Source: Leucoraja ocellata
Lineage: Eukaryota
Direction of reading: 5' to 3'
Length of the DNA stretch: 64,000 nucleotides
Assembly (NCBI GenBank): GCA_036785375.1
Contig: JAWMAR010000024.1
Span: forward strand, 4,774,001 to 4,838,000
Both the position numbers and the translations under genes were made by a program. Shown here piece after piece: positions 39,067 through 50,858 of the stretch. Numbering within the stretch: position 1 is the stretch's first letter; each line of letters starts with the position of its first letter. The notes below the pieces were generated by a model that saw nothing but the letters and a program-made list of their open reading frames with translations, was not told the DNA's origin and did not search any database.

Positions 39067-39301
39067 AGATAGACACAAAATGCTGGAGTAACTCAGCGGG
39101 ACAGGCAGCATCTCTGGAGAGAAGGAATGGGTGATGATTCGTGTCGAGACCCTTCTTAGGTCTGAAGAAGGATCTCGAGCCGAAACATTAGCCAGTCCTT
39201 CTCTCCCGAGATGCTGCCTGTCCCGCTGAGTTACTCCAGCATTTTGTGTCTATCTTTCGGATTAAACCAGCATCTGCAGTTCCTTCCTGCACATTTTGTC
39301 T
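39067..39301. mobile_element. Fold-back Penelope-end insertion
   Basis: Inverted arms. TSD gcagcaacatcta/gcagcagcatcta (12/13 match) at 39054-39066 and 39302-39314. Confidence 0.8.
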
Positions 39302-40107
39302 GCAGCAGCATCTAGTCGGGGTCAGTCACACTCCCTGTGGATGTGGAGACACTTTAGAGAGTCAGGGGGTGAGCTAACCTCCACGCGAATAAATCTCTGG
39401 ACTGCTGCCTTAGAGTGATGGACAGGTATGCAGTTGCTGTTAGACTTCAGGCTCCAGACTGCCATTGAGGGAAGATAAGTGAAATCTTTGAGCTCTCTAC
39501 GAGCGAGTGAACAGATTCAATTTAAAATGTAAATGTATGTAACTGGCAAAGAGTAATCAACGTAGATGATACAGATTATGCTCCTGCTTCGACACTGCCC
39601 AAAGGCATGTGTTGCAATGCTGTTATTAATTTTGGAAGCTTGCCAAAAGGTAATGGAATTTACACGGTACTTACTTATTTCTGTGTTTGACACTGCACAT
39701 TTATAAACTTATGCTGATGGATGTTCATCCTTTGTTTTCATGAGATTGAGATCGCCTTTATCAGCCATCAAAACAACAGCAATCACATTCATGCACAGAA
39801 CATATTGAGCAGATGACATTACCATGGTGATAACGGACCTAAGTCTTGTACAATAATATTCACTGACTCGCTGCTTCCTTATTATCTGCCTCCTTTCACA
39901 CCTTCTCGGTCTGAATTGTCAAGGTTATTTTGGGAAAGATGGTTTTCAGAGGGACTGTGCATCGATCAGACATTTATGAGGCTTGGATTTCATTATAATG
40001 GCCCACACCGGTTAAGTTAAAAAATAAAAATCTACTTTCAATAATTAGGTTAGTCACCTTACCTCATCAGAAGGCTTTGACCTCCCTCACCACTATTGTG
40101 TCACTTT

Positions 40108-40302
40108 TAGACCCAAAAAGCTGGAGTAACTCAGCGGGTCAGGCAGCGTCCCTGGAGAAAAGGAATAGGTGACGTTTCGGGACGAGACCCTTGTCCAGAA
40201 GAACGTCTGAAGAAGGGTCTCGACCCAAAACGTCACCTGTTCCTTCTCTCCAGAGATGTTGCTTGACCCATTGAGTTACTCCAGCTTTTTGTGTCTATCT
40301 TC
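40108..40302. mobile_element. Fold-back Penelope-end insertion
   Basis: Inverted arms meeting near 40200, with decayed hammerhead-like cores. Confidence 0.7.
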
Positions 40303-42698
40303 AGTTCTTTCCGACCCACTGTGTCAATTTTGTTGGGAAATGAGTTAGATACACCCATTAGTTCAACTGGCAAAATACAAAGTGCCAGAGGAACGCGGCA
40401 GATCGGGCAGCATCGGTGGAGGGAATGGACAGACAAGGTTTCAGGATGGGACCCTTCTATAGGCTAGAAATGACAAATGCCTGGCAAGTCATAGGTGAAT
40501 ACAGGTGAGGAGAGTTTTATTGGCAGATTGAGAGGAGCAAGTGACAAATGCGAGAAGTGTAAAGGCTAGAGGTCTTTCCCAGCTTTCTTCACCCCTAATG
40601 CAATCTGTCTGAAGAAGGGCACTGGCCCAAACCGTTGTCTGTCCATCCCCTGCACTGATGCTGCCTGACCCACTGAGTTACTCCAACACTTCATGTTTTG
40701 TTCAAGATCCCAGCATCTACAGTTCCTTAATAGTACCTCTATTAGTTTACCTGTGTTTTTCTGACCATGCAATACAGCACAGGACCATGTTATTAGATTC
40801 AACTTACCCCAATTGCTTGCATATGATTTATATCTCTCCATTCCCTGCATGTTCATGTGATAGGGACAGAATTAGGCCATTCGGCCCATCGTCTATCCGC
40901 CATTCAATCATGGCTGATCTATCGTTCCCTCTCCACCTCATCCTCCTGCCTTCTCCCCATAACCCCCGACGCCCATGCTAATCAAGAAGCTATCAACCCC
41001 TGCCTTCAAAATATCCATTGACTTGGCCCCCACAGCCTTCCGCGGCAATGAATTCCACAGATTCACCACCCTCTTGCATTTGTTCACGTGTCTGTTAAAA
41101 TGCCTGACAAAACATCACGAAAATCGCATGTTTAAAAGAGATGCAAAAGAAATCAAACCTGTAGACAGGCTGAAAATGATGCCTCTTTAGAATTAAAGGA
41201 TGATAGAAACCTAGAGAGTACTGGAGGCATCCCCTTGGTCTATCAATTCTGTACCAACCCTTTCAAAGATCAGTCCCACATGTCCAATTGCATACCCTAT
41301 GGCGGATACTGTGCTTTTTTTCAAGTACTTATTGAATTTCCTTTTAACAGCTACAACTGAATCCCTATCCATTACCCTTCCAGAATTACAGTATATTCAC
41401 AGCTTGAACCACTTGCTGGATGAGCTTTACTTCATATTGACTTTGGTTCTTTTGCCAATCAGTATAAATCTGGTTATTGCCTCCTGAGTTTCTCTTTGCC
41501 TTTGTCAGAAGTTACGTCATGTTTTGTGAACAAAGGAGTCTTGTATTATTCTTTGAAGGCGAGGCAATGCAAAAAGACTAAGCGTGTTACTGCAATTCAT
41601 ATTTAACCTTGCGATGACAATAGATGTGGAGGTTGGATTCATCCACTGTCATGAATTGGTTATGTTTGAATGCAAATGCTGTTCATGGTTTAAAGAAGAA
41701 ACAGTGGGGCGGGGGTGGGGGGAGAGGGGAATGGAAAGGAGAAGAGAGGAGGAAAGGGAGGGGGGTGAAGGAAAGGACACTGGAAATGAAGGGAAAGATG
41801 AAATGGAAAGGGATTGAGGAGAGAAGGGATGAAATGAGTAAAAAAATGTGGGAAAATAAATGAGGGAAGGAGAAGGAAGCCGATGAGATAAGCCATGGAA
41901 CCAGGCCCTTTGGCCCACATGTCCTAATCGCCCATCATCCAAGCCATCATTTACACTAATCCTACACTAATCTAATTCAGGTTTTTTCTCTCCATATTGT
42001 TATCAATTCCCCCCCCTCCCCCCAGATTCTACCACTCAATCACACGCTAGGAGCACTTTACAATGGCCAATTAACTTGGTGGGCCAAAGGGCCTGTTTCC
42101 ATGCTGCATTCTTAATCTAAACTAAACTAACCTATCGATCCCCCGTGTCTTTGGGATGAGGGGGCGAAACAGGGACACCCGACTGATTCTACACTCTCCA
42201 TGAGCCTTGTTAATTCTGGAGAGCTTGGTGAATAACAAAGAGAGTACATTCATAAGATGAACACTGATTAGGGACATTATACTATGAACCCCAAATCACA
42301 CCACTATGTGTGACCTTAAATCCATTAGATACTCATATCATATCTCCAAACCCCAAGGCAGATTTTCAACAGCAGCCTACTCCCACATCACCTTTCGCAC
42401 ATCTTGCAAAGTCAAGTGTTAAAGAAACAATCAGTGGTTTTGTTTCTACTGATTTCTCATTTTTAGGATCAGGAATTGTTTAAAATTAAAGTGTGCTATG
42501 ACAACAAAAAATGTCATTTTACAATAGGTCACGTTATGTATTTGGATGAAGATTGTGTGTGGACAGGCTATTAATTAGTGTACTGGACAACATAAACCAG
42601 GCTTTCTATTCCTTGCTCTGGACGATAAAGCCCATTAATTTGAGGGGCACTATGTATGTTAAGGCAATTTTTCATCTGCTTGTCAATATAGGGCCAAC

Positions 42699-42849
42699 CT
42701 GCTCTGGTCATGAACGGCTCCCCTTGAGAGACGCACACCAACATGTCTCGTTCGACTCGTTCCCACGAGGTGATCTGCTCTCCGTCAGGGCTGTAGAGGC
42801 ACTTGGCTGCAGATCGCAGCTTCAGGCGGGCTGTGCAGTTCTCCAGCAG
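42699..42849 (-). CDS. DCDC1: DCDC1 coding exon, last DCX-like domain (LLENCTARLKLRSAAKCLYSPDGEQITSWERVERDMLVCVSQGEPFMTRA)
   Basis: ttctacag acceptor, CAG|gttggc donor, 151 bp (phase 0 to 1). Matches human LLQDCSSRLKMTHPARALYTPSGEPIQSWDDIERDMVICVSMG (recalled). Translated by hand. Confidence 0.94.
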
Positions 42850-44819
42850 CTGTAGAACAGAAAGAACATTAGTTTAGTTTAGTTTAGTTTATTGTCACGT
42901 GTACAGAGTGAAAAGTTTTTGTTGCGTGCTAACCGGTCAGAGGAAAGACTATACATGATTACAATCGAATCATTCACAGTGTACAGGTACATGGTAAAGA
43001 GAATAACTTTTAATGCAAGGTAAAGTCCAGTAAAGTCTGACTAAAGATAGTCCGAGGCTCTCAAGGGAGGTAGATCGAAACTCAGAGCTGCTCTCTAATA
43101 AGAAGGTTCAGTTGCCTGAAGTTGGAGGTGTGCATCTTAGTTTATTTAATGTCCCATGTAAAAGGTGTTGCCAGCAACAACACATCATCACCTGGGTACA
43201 TCACTGATGTTACAGCCGAGATTTTGTCTGTAGGTCTCTGGATTCAGGCTGAATATTTTCCCTCAGGCATGAGATTATTTGCACTGTATATTGCACAGAA
43301 CAACAGTTTACACACATATTCTAACCGGAGAAAATTTTAATATATGTTGGCCTTTTATTATCAACAGTTTTTGAGCCACACCTGAGTCACATAGTGATTC
43401 TATTGTTGGTTATCCAATGTGTAGATAAACCAGACAATTCAACATAGTTATACCAGGTCATTTAACGTGCAGTTAAACCAGGGCGTTTAACTCTGTCTTT
43501 CTGATGTTGCTGTGAACTGAGGTCCCACAAGGTAGAAGATGCCTGCACTCTGTCTACTCCATCCAACTGGTGTCCCAAATGCTCACATGTGTATGCAAGC
43601 TATACATGGGTCATGCATTCGTAACTGGGGAGAACCTGTAGTAACCTATGTTGTTCCATGATTGAGCAGACACAGATAGTCATCTACACCGTACTCAATC
43701 ACAACTGATGCCCTCGGTAATCTCTACAACCTCTAGTCCCAGCTGGGCAGGACGTGCCTGGCATCATGGGAGGGTGGCTGGTTACATCTCGAGGAACACT
43801 CTTGAGATTCTCAGCATCATTCCAAACATTTGTCTCTACTTTGAGAAGTTCGTGGTGTAGAGGCTCTCAAGAGTCAGTGCAGATGTTTCAGCTTCTCAAG
43901 GAGGCTTTCATAATATCGTTGTATCTTTTCCCCTGCTCACATGGTCATCTTTTCACCTAATAGAGCATAGAAGGGGTGTCTTTTTAGCACGCAAGCCTTG
44001 CCACAATGAATGGGTGTCTGCGTGGTTATCGTGGGGCCCTACTTTGGTCTGGTATTGTCTGTGGGCACCACTGGGGAGTGTGCAAAGATCATCCCTAGAT
44101 TTCCCGTAAAGGTCAGATTCAAGTGATTTGAATGTCTCAGACCTAGACTTGCAACAGAAAAGGCTCCACTATCGTACTGGAGCCCATGCAACTGGATCCT
44201 GACCCAGATCTGTCCAGAACCGTGTGGTGGCTGTCTGTGCACCAGTCTCCCCACGTTAAACAAAGTCACGCACAGGCGTCCTCCCAACTGAGGAAGTCAT
44301 ACCAGTTTCGAGTGACTGCCGATGATGATGAGACTTCAATAGGGGGTTGATCTCATGGTACATCCATGGTTTCCAGCTGCGAACATTGAATTGACATACA
44401 GTCTTCTAGACACTAAATGATGAAGCCTGTGACAGCACTGGCTTGCCCTGGTGAGTCCTTGACCAGTCCTTGCTATTTCAACATCCTTTCCCATTCCCAC
44501 AACAATCTGTCCAACCTCAGCCTTCTCTACTACCAGGGTAAGGCCCAAACTGGAGGATGTTGGGCATCACATTCAGTAGTCTACAACCCGATGGTACAAA
44601 TATTGCACTGTCCAATTTTAGGTAAACCTTCCCCCTCTTCTGATCCTCCGCCACTTCTCCTATTTATGTCCCCTTTCCCATATTCCTTCCTCTTGCCCAC
44701 CATTACCTATTTTCTTCCCCCTCTCCCTCCAATTTCTGTCCACCAACTTCATACACAACTTACTCACCAGCTTCACCCCACTCCTCTCCACTGACCCTTC
44801 CACCCTCACCCTCTGCATC

Positions 44820-45240
44820 CTTCCATGAAGCCAATGTTCTATCCATTCCAGCTACCTGTCCTTGGATCCCATATGATCTAATTTTCCAAGAGCAGCCTAC
44901 CATTCAGAACCTTGTCAAATGCCTTGCTAAAATCCAACATCTACAGCTCTGCCCCCATCAACCTTTTTGGTCACATCTTCAAAAATCTCGACCAGCTTCG
45001 GGATACATGATCTCCCATGCACTAAACCATGCTGCCTATCCTTAATTAGCCCGTCACCATCTAAACGTATGTATATCTTATCCCTCAGGATACTTTCTGG
45101 GAACTTTCTCACCACAGATGCTAGGCTCACTGGCCTGTGGTTCCAAGGCTTTTCCTGGCAGCCCTTCTTGAATAGAGGCACAACATTTGCCACCTTCCAG
45201 TCTTACGATACCCCACCTATATTTAATGATGACTCGTAAG
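44820..45240 (-). mobile_element. CR1-like LINE RT N-terminal fragment
   Basis: ANVVPLFKKG...NHRPVSLASVV...QHG...GRSC...AVDV. Confidence 0.88.
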
Positions 45241-46056
45241 TCTCAGTAGTTGATCGTGTAGGAATCTAGATTTCACTGAACCTCAGGTCATACATTTACT
45301 AACCCCCCTCTTGCACTGAGTTTTAGTTACAGCATAAAAGATTTATGGTTCTTCGCCATAGCTGCCATGTATAATGATATATATTGTACTGTACTAGAGC
45401 TGATATATGAGGTAATCTGCATAAAGTAATCCGTGCCACACCTTGAGCATATTGTACCACCTATTACACCATACTACATCTCACAGCTGTAGTCCCCTAC
45501 ATTGCATTAAGTCACAGCTCCAACGTATTGTTATCAATACTACACTGTCAGAGCTGACACACATAGTAATTTACTTTAGAGAGAGTCACATCTGATGTGT
45601 ATAGTAATCTATATTGCCCTGAATCACAATTGATGCTTATGGTATTCTACATTGTACTGAGTCTCAGCCGACCTATGAAGTAGTTTATATCGTACCGACC
45701 CCGAGCTGAAGTATGTAATAATGTATAATGCCCTGAGCCTTGGCTGACATATAAAGCAATTTACATTGATGATCCACACAGCACTGAGTCACAGCTCACA
45801 CATACTGATATCTATATAGAATCGAGTCACATCTGATAATATTAAAAAAATTGGGCAGCAGTTGGCCATGTAATAATCCATATGGCACTGAGCCCTGGTT
45901 GATAACTACAACAATCTGTTACACTGAGCCACAATTAACACTTGTGGTAATAAAACAAAGAGGGGTGACTTGACTAAAAGGTAGAAGCATAGAACAATAG
46001 AGACATTCGGGCGGCACAGTGACGCAGCAGTAGAGTTGCTGCCTTAATATAACATA

Positions 46057-46282
46057 TGCCCCTGTCCCACTTAGGAAACCTGAACAGAAACCTGTGGAGA
46101 GTTTGTGCCCCACCCAAGGTTTCCGTGCGGTTCCCGGAGGTTTTTGTCAGTCTTCCTACGTGCTTCCACTACCTGCAACCTCTGGCAACCACCTGCAACC
46201 TCCAGGAACCGCACGGAAACCTTGGGTGGGGCGCAAAGTCTCCAGAGGTTTCCGTTCAGGTTTCCTAAGTGGGACCGGGGCA
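46057..46282. mobile_element. PIF/Harbinger-like MITE (same family as 20151), inserted in a SINE
   Basis: Nearly identical to 20151-20376. A half copy also lies at ~13606-13757. Confidence 0.85.
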
Positions 46283-47497
46283 TTTTTTTACAGTGCCTTA
46301 CAGAGACTTGCTTTCGGTATGGAGTTTGTACGTTCTCCCTGCGACCACGTTGGTTTTCTCTGGATGCTCCGGTTTCCTCCCACACACCAAAGTATAGGTT
46401 TGTAGATCAATTGGCTTCTGTAAATTGTACTTAACGTGTAGGATAGTGCTAGTGTGTGGAGATCGCTGGTCGGTGCGGACTCGGTGGACCGAAGGGCCTG
46501 TTTCTCCGCTGTATCTCTGAACTAAAAAACCTGAGTGGACCAATGAGCAAGTGTATTCACAGACATCATGTACAGTATGAACTGCCCAGAGAGAACGCAA
46601 AACAATGTTATTTTCACTGTAGATAGACAATAATAAACAGATGCCAGTATCATAGAGAAGAGATTGGGGAACAAAGAGCTATGGGAAGCTGACACATAGT
46701 GCATCTGAACCCAATGTAGATTAGCCGTGATGATATTGAATGGCAAGGCAGGCCTGAAGGGCCCAGGGACCTACCTCTGCTTCTATTTTCCTATGTCCTT
46801 GTGTTCTTGAAATCGATATTGAATAGAATTACAGATGACACACAATGTAATCTATATTACACTGAATCACCACTGAAACTTATTGCCCAGAGCTATCATT
46901 TCTGCTTGTAGTAATCTGCAATGTATTGAGCCACTATCACACAGACAGTAATTCATTTACCCACAACTGTAGTAGGCATCTATAGGAAACTATATTGCGT
47001 TTAGTTCCAGGTGAAACTTATAATAAAGTGTAACGCCCTGAGCTATAGCTGACTATATAGTCATTTGTATTGCAATGATCCACAACTGTCGTATAAAGCA
47101 CAGAGCCGCAGCAGATAGCTTTTGTAATCTCTATTATAATGAGCTACAACTGATGCATTTAATATTTTACATTCATTGAAATCACGGCAATTTTTATTAT
47201 ACTGTACTGCAGCTTCTACTTACAGTAATCTATCTAGCACTGAGTCATAGATGCTGCATAAAGTAATTCTTGTTGCAATGAGCTATTGCTGCATCTTATT
47301 GTAATCTGCATCGAATTAAGTCACAACTGAAATATATAAAAATCTATATAGTACTGAGGCACACCTTGGTAATGTGTCTTATCCTGAGCTTCACCTTGTG
47401 CATTTGGTGATCTACATCACACTGAGCCACTACTGACATGTATGACAATCTATAGGTTTGTAGGTTAATTGGCTTCTTTAAATTACCCTTAGTGTGT

Positions 47498-47808
47498 AGT
47501 TTAGTTTAGTTTAGAGATACAATGCGGAAACAGGCCATTCGGCCCACCGAGTCCATGCCGATCAGCAATCCCCATATTCTAGCATTATACTACACACTAG
47601 GGACAATTTACAATCTTTACCAAAGCTAATTAACCTACAAACCTGTACGTTTTTGGAGTGTGGGGGGAAACCGGGGCACCTGGGGGAAACCCACGCGGTC
47701 ACGGGGAGAACGTGCAAACTCCGTACAGACAGCACCCGTCGTCAGGATCGAACCCAGGTCTCTGGCGCTGTAAGACACCAACTCTACCGCTACGCCACCG
47801 TGCCGCCC
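47498..47808 (-). mobile_element. HE1-like SINE nested in an oppositely oriented SINE fragment
   Basis: Full reverse copy. The flanks 47455-47497 and 47809-47920 are plus-strand SINE 3' parts. Confidence 0.88.
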
Positions 47809-49029
47809 TGTAGGAAGTAAAAATAGGATAAAATGACTGGTGCACGGGTGATCAATGGTTGTCATAAACTCGGTGGGCTGAGGGGCCTGATTCCATGCAG
47901 TAACTCTAAACTAAACTAAAGTATACTGCACTAAGTTACGACTCGCACATACTGAAATCAACATTGAACTGATCCACAGATGACAGATATATTAATCAAT
48001 ATCACCCTGAGCCATATCTGGCACACATTCTAATCTACTTGGCAACGGGTTACAACTCAAGCATATAATGATGCATAATGCCCCAAGCCGCAGACGACAT
48101 GTATTGAACTGTTGATGTATACAGTAATCTATATGCAACTGACGCATATATTAATCAGCATAGCCCTAAATCATAGCCACTGTATACAGTAAACTATATT
48201 GTTCTGAGCCACTACTAATGCAAGCATTAATCTATATTGCTCAGAAGTACAAATGAAAAGTATAGTTATCTATATTGCACTGAACCCCTGCTTGAGCCTA
48301 TAGTAATGTACTATATGTATCTCAACACAATTGTATTTCAAGCTGAATTTTACATTGCAATGATGCCAGAACAAAGAAGTCTAGTTTCACAGCCAAACTT
48401 GCAAATCACACAGATAATTTACTGAGTGTTATCCGGGAGGGAATCTAATATTTCAGATTTGAGCACCAAATATTTCATAAACAATGGTAAATTACTTGCA
48501 CAGGCATGTCAGGCAGAATGGATGAATCTTATGGTTTATAAATCCACTGTATAATGCATAATGCATCAACTTTAAGTCCCAAGGAATTCCTTTACAATCC
48601 TTCGGGAGCTATTGATGTGCAAGGTATACAGTGTGGAGTGATGTAAATCTTGGTGCAAAGCACAACTGACTATTCCGCTATTAAGCTGATTCTCCCGCCT
48701 GCAATTGCCACACATGTGAACACTGTCCAGCAAGGACAAACTCCGCATTTGCACAATTTATAGAGATCATCAATTATGTGCGGTTTTAACATGGCATCTG
48801 CTGAGGCAGATCTCGTGGGTGTTGGCGCTGTGGGTAGTTGGTGCAGGCGCTGTCTTGGAATTTGCTGAATGTTTCTATCTATCTCAACAATAGAAGCATT
48901 AGCGCTTGCTCTGCTGGATCTGGAGCTAAACTAAGAGCAGGAGAAGATGGGCTAAAGTGGGCAAGCATGAAGGAAGAGAGAAAGCCCCTGGCTAGGAGCG
49001 GCTCAGCATCTTACTGTGGTCCTTATACG

Positions 49030-49635
49030 CTCATGACTGTGTGGTCAAATACCTATCCAACTCAATTTTGAATTTGGCCAATGATACCACTGTAGTGGGC
49101 CGGATATCAAACAATGACGAAACAGAGTACAGGAAGGAGGTTGAGAACCTGGTGCCAAGGCACCAACCTCTCCCACAATGTCAACCAGACAAAGATTGTG
49201 CTTGGCCGCAGGAAGTGGAGCAGTACACACACACACGGGTATACATTGATGGAGCCGATGTAGAGATGGTTGAAAGCTTTAAGGAATAAATATCACCAAC
49301 AATTTGTCCTGGACCACCTGCATTGAAGTAATGGCCAAGAAAGCTCACCAATGCCTCTACTTCTTTAGAAAGGTTGGGAGGTTCGGCATGTCCCCAACAA
49401 CCCTCGCCAACTTCTATAGATGAGTCGTAGGAAACATTTTATCGGGATGCATCCCAGCATGGTTTGGGAACAGCTGCATCCGAGACCGCATGAAAACCAT
49501 CCTCCCTTCCATTGACTCCATCTACACTTCACGCTGCCAAGGCCACCAGCATAATTAAGGACCAGTCTTACCCCGGTCACTCCTTCATCTCCCCTCCCCC
49601 GTCCAGCAAGAGGTAAGGAAGTTTGAAAATGCATA
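49030..49635 (+). mobile_element. Rex1/Babar-like LINE RT C-terminal fragment
   Basis: Decayed (F)ADDTTVVG motif read as LANDTTVVGRISNNDETEYRKEVENL. Confidence 0.7.
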
Positions 49636-49701
49636 GTATAGTATAGAGCCCATTCTCACTGATGGGAATGAAGCAAAGAGTCTTGGTCATCAAGCGCTTA
49701 C

Positions 49702-49878
49702 CTCGGGAATAGTCTTGCCCCATGCAAACACTCCTTGATCTGGGCATTCACCATTCAGATAGGCCAGAACTCTCTTGACATTTGGTTGACTGTAAAGAAG
49801 CCTTTGACTGGAAACCATCTTACTGCCAAACGAGGGCCGTTCTTTCATTAGCATATATTGGACTTCTGATAGATGCAT
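49702..49878 (-). CDS. DCDC1: DCDC1 coding exon (MHLSEVQY...LYSQPNVKRVLAYLNGECPDQGVFAWGKTIPE)
   Basis: ctcttag acceptor, GAG|gtaagc donor, 177 bp (phase 0 to 0). Matches human LYKQPNTKRVWIYLNGGRPEDGTYAWGKTISE (recalled). Confidence 0.95.
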
Positions 49879-50858
49879 CTAAGAGATAGAGGAATCATTC
49901 AGTTAATACATCATGTCCATATTATGTGTGCACAGTCAATATACCATTTGCATTCAGAGAATGTGAAGCAGCAAAATGTCCAAGGTGAGAATTTTGGAGA
50001 TATTTCTCTTTTCCATATGTGGATGAAGGCCAGTGAAGGCCTTGCATTTGTTTAGAATTTAGAGATACAGCGTGGAAACATCCCCATCAGCCCTCAGGGT
50101 CCACACCGACCATCGATCACCTGTTCAAACTAGTTCCATGTTATCCCACTTTCTACACACTAGGGTCAATTAGCAGAAGACAATTAACCTACAAACCTGC
50201 ACGTCTTTGGAATGTGGAAGAAAACCTGCACGTCTTTGGAATGTGGAAGAGATCCGGTTTTCCGGAGGAAACCCATGTGGTCACTAGGAGAATGTGCAAA
50301 CTCCGCACAGGCAGCGACTGTAGTCAGCATTGAACCGGGTCGCTGCTGCCCCTTGCACACTTGTAGAACTCAAATATAATCCAGATATCCCAAACCACTT
50401 TACGGCAAATTAGGTACTTTAAAAAGAGATGTTAAAATAGTGATAGCAAACTGTGTTTATAACCCTTGGCCACTGTCTGGTGTGTCAGGAAGAGATGCCA
50501 AACATAACATTAGAAATAAGATATCGAAGCAGGAGCAGCCTTTGCGTTCCCTGTGTCTACTCCACCATTTGATATGATTATAGCTGAACTTACACCTCAG
50601 TATTTCTACTTCCAAAAATCGAGTTAATACTACTTTATAGTGTTTGGTGTGTGCCTGGAACAGGGGAGAGATGGTGGAGGCAGATTCGGCAGTGCCATTT
50701 AAAAGGCTATTGAATAGAGACATGGATATTTATAGTCACATATGTTAATTATTAACACAGAGAAATCATTTACTTTACAAATTGTCCAGTAATCACCATA
50801 CCCCCGATCCTCAATTAGCAAGTGTACATGACTAATCTACTGAGCGGCATGAAGTTTG

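Larger units (their letters stand above)
45270..48360 (+). repeat. Degenerate 38-bp tandem array interrupted by SINEs and a MITE
   Basis: Units start at 45583, 45621, 45659, 45697 and 45735. Consensus by eye ~GAGTCACAGCTGACATATATAGTAATCTATATTGCACT. Confidence 0.8.

Noticed and set aside
45270-48360. CRISPR-like array
   Set aside because: Vertebrate DNA. Whole units are degenerate copies with no repeat/unique-spacer structure, and there are no cas genes.
50193-50249. 29-bp tandem duplication
   Set aside because: A local slippage duplication within a SINE, with no further structure.
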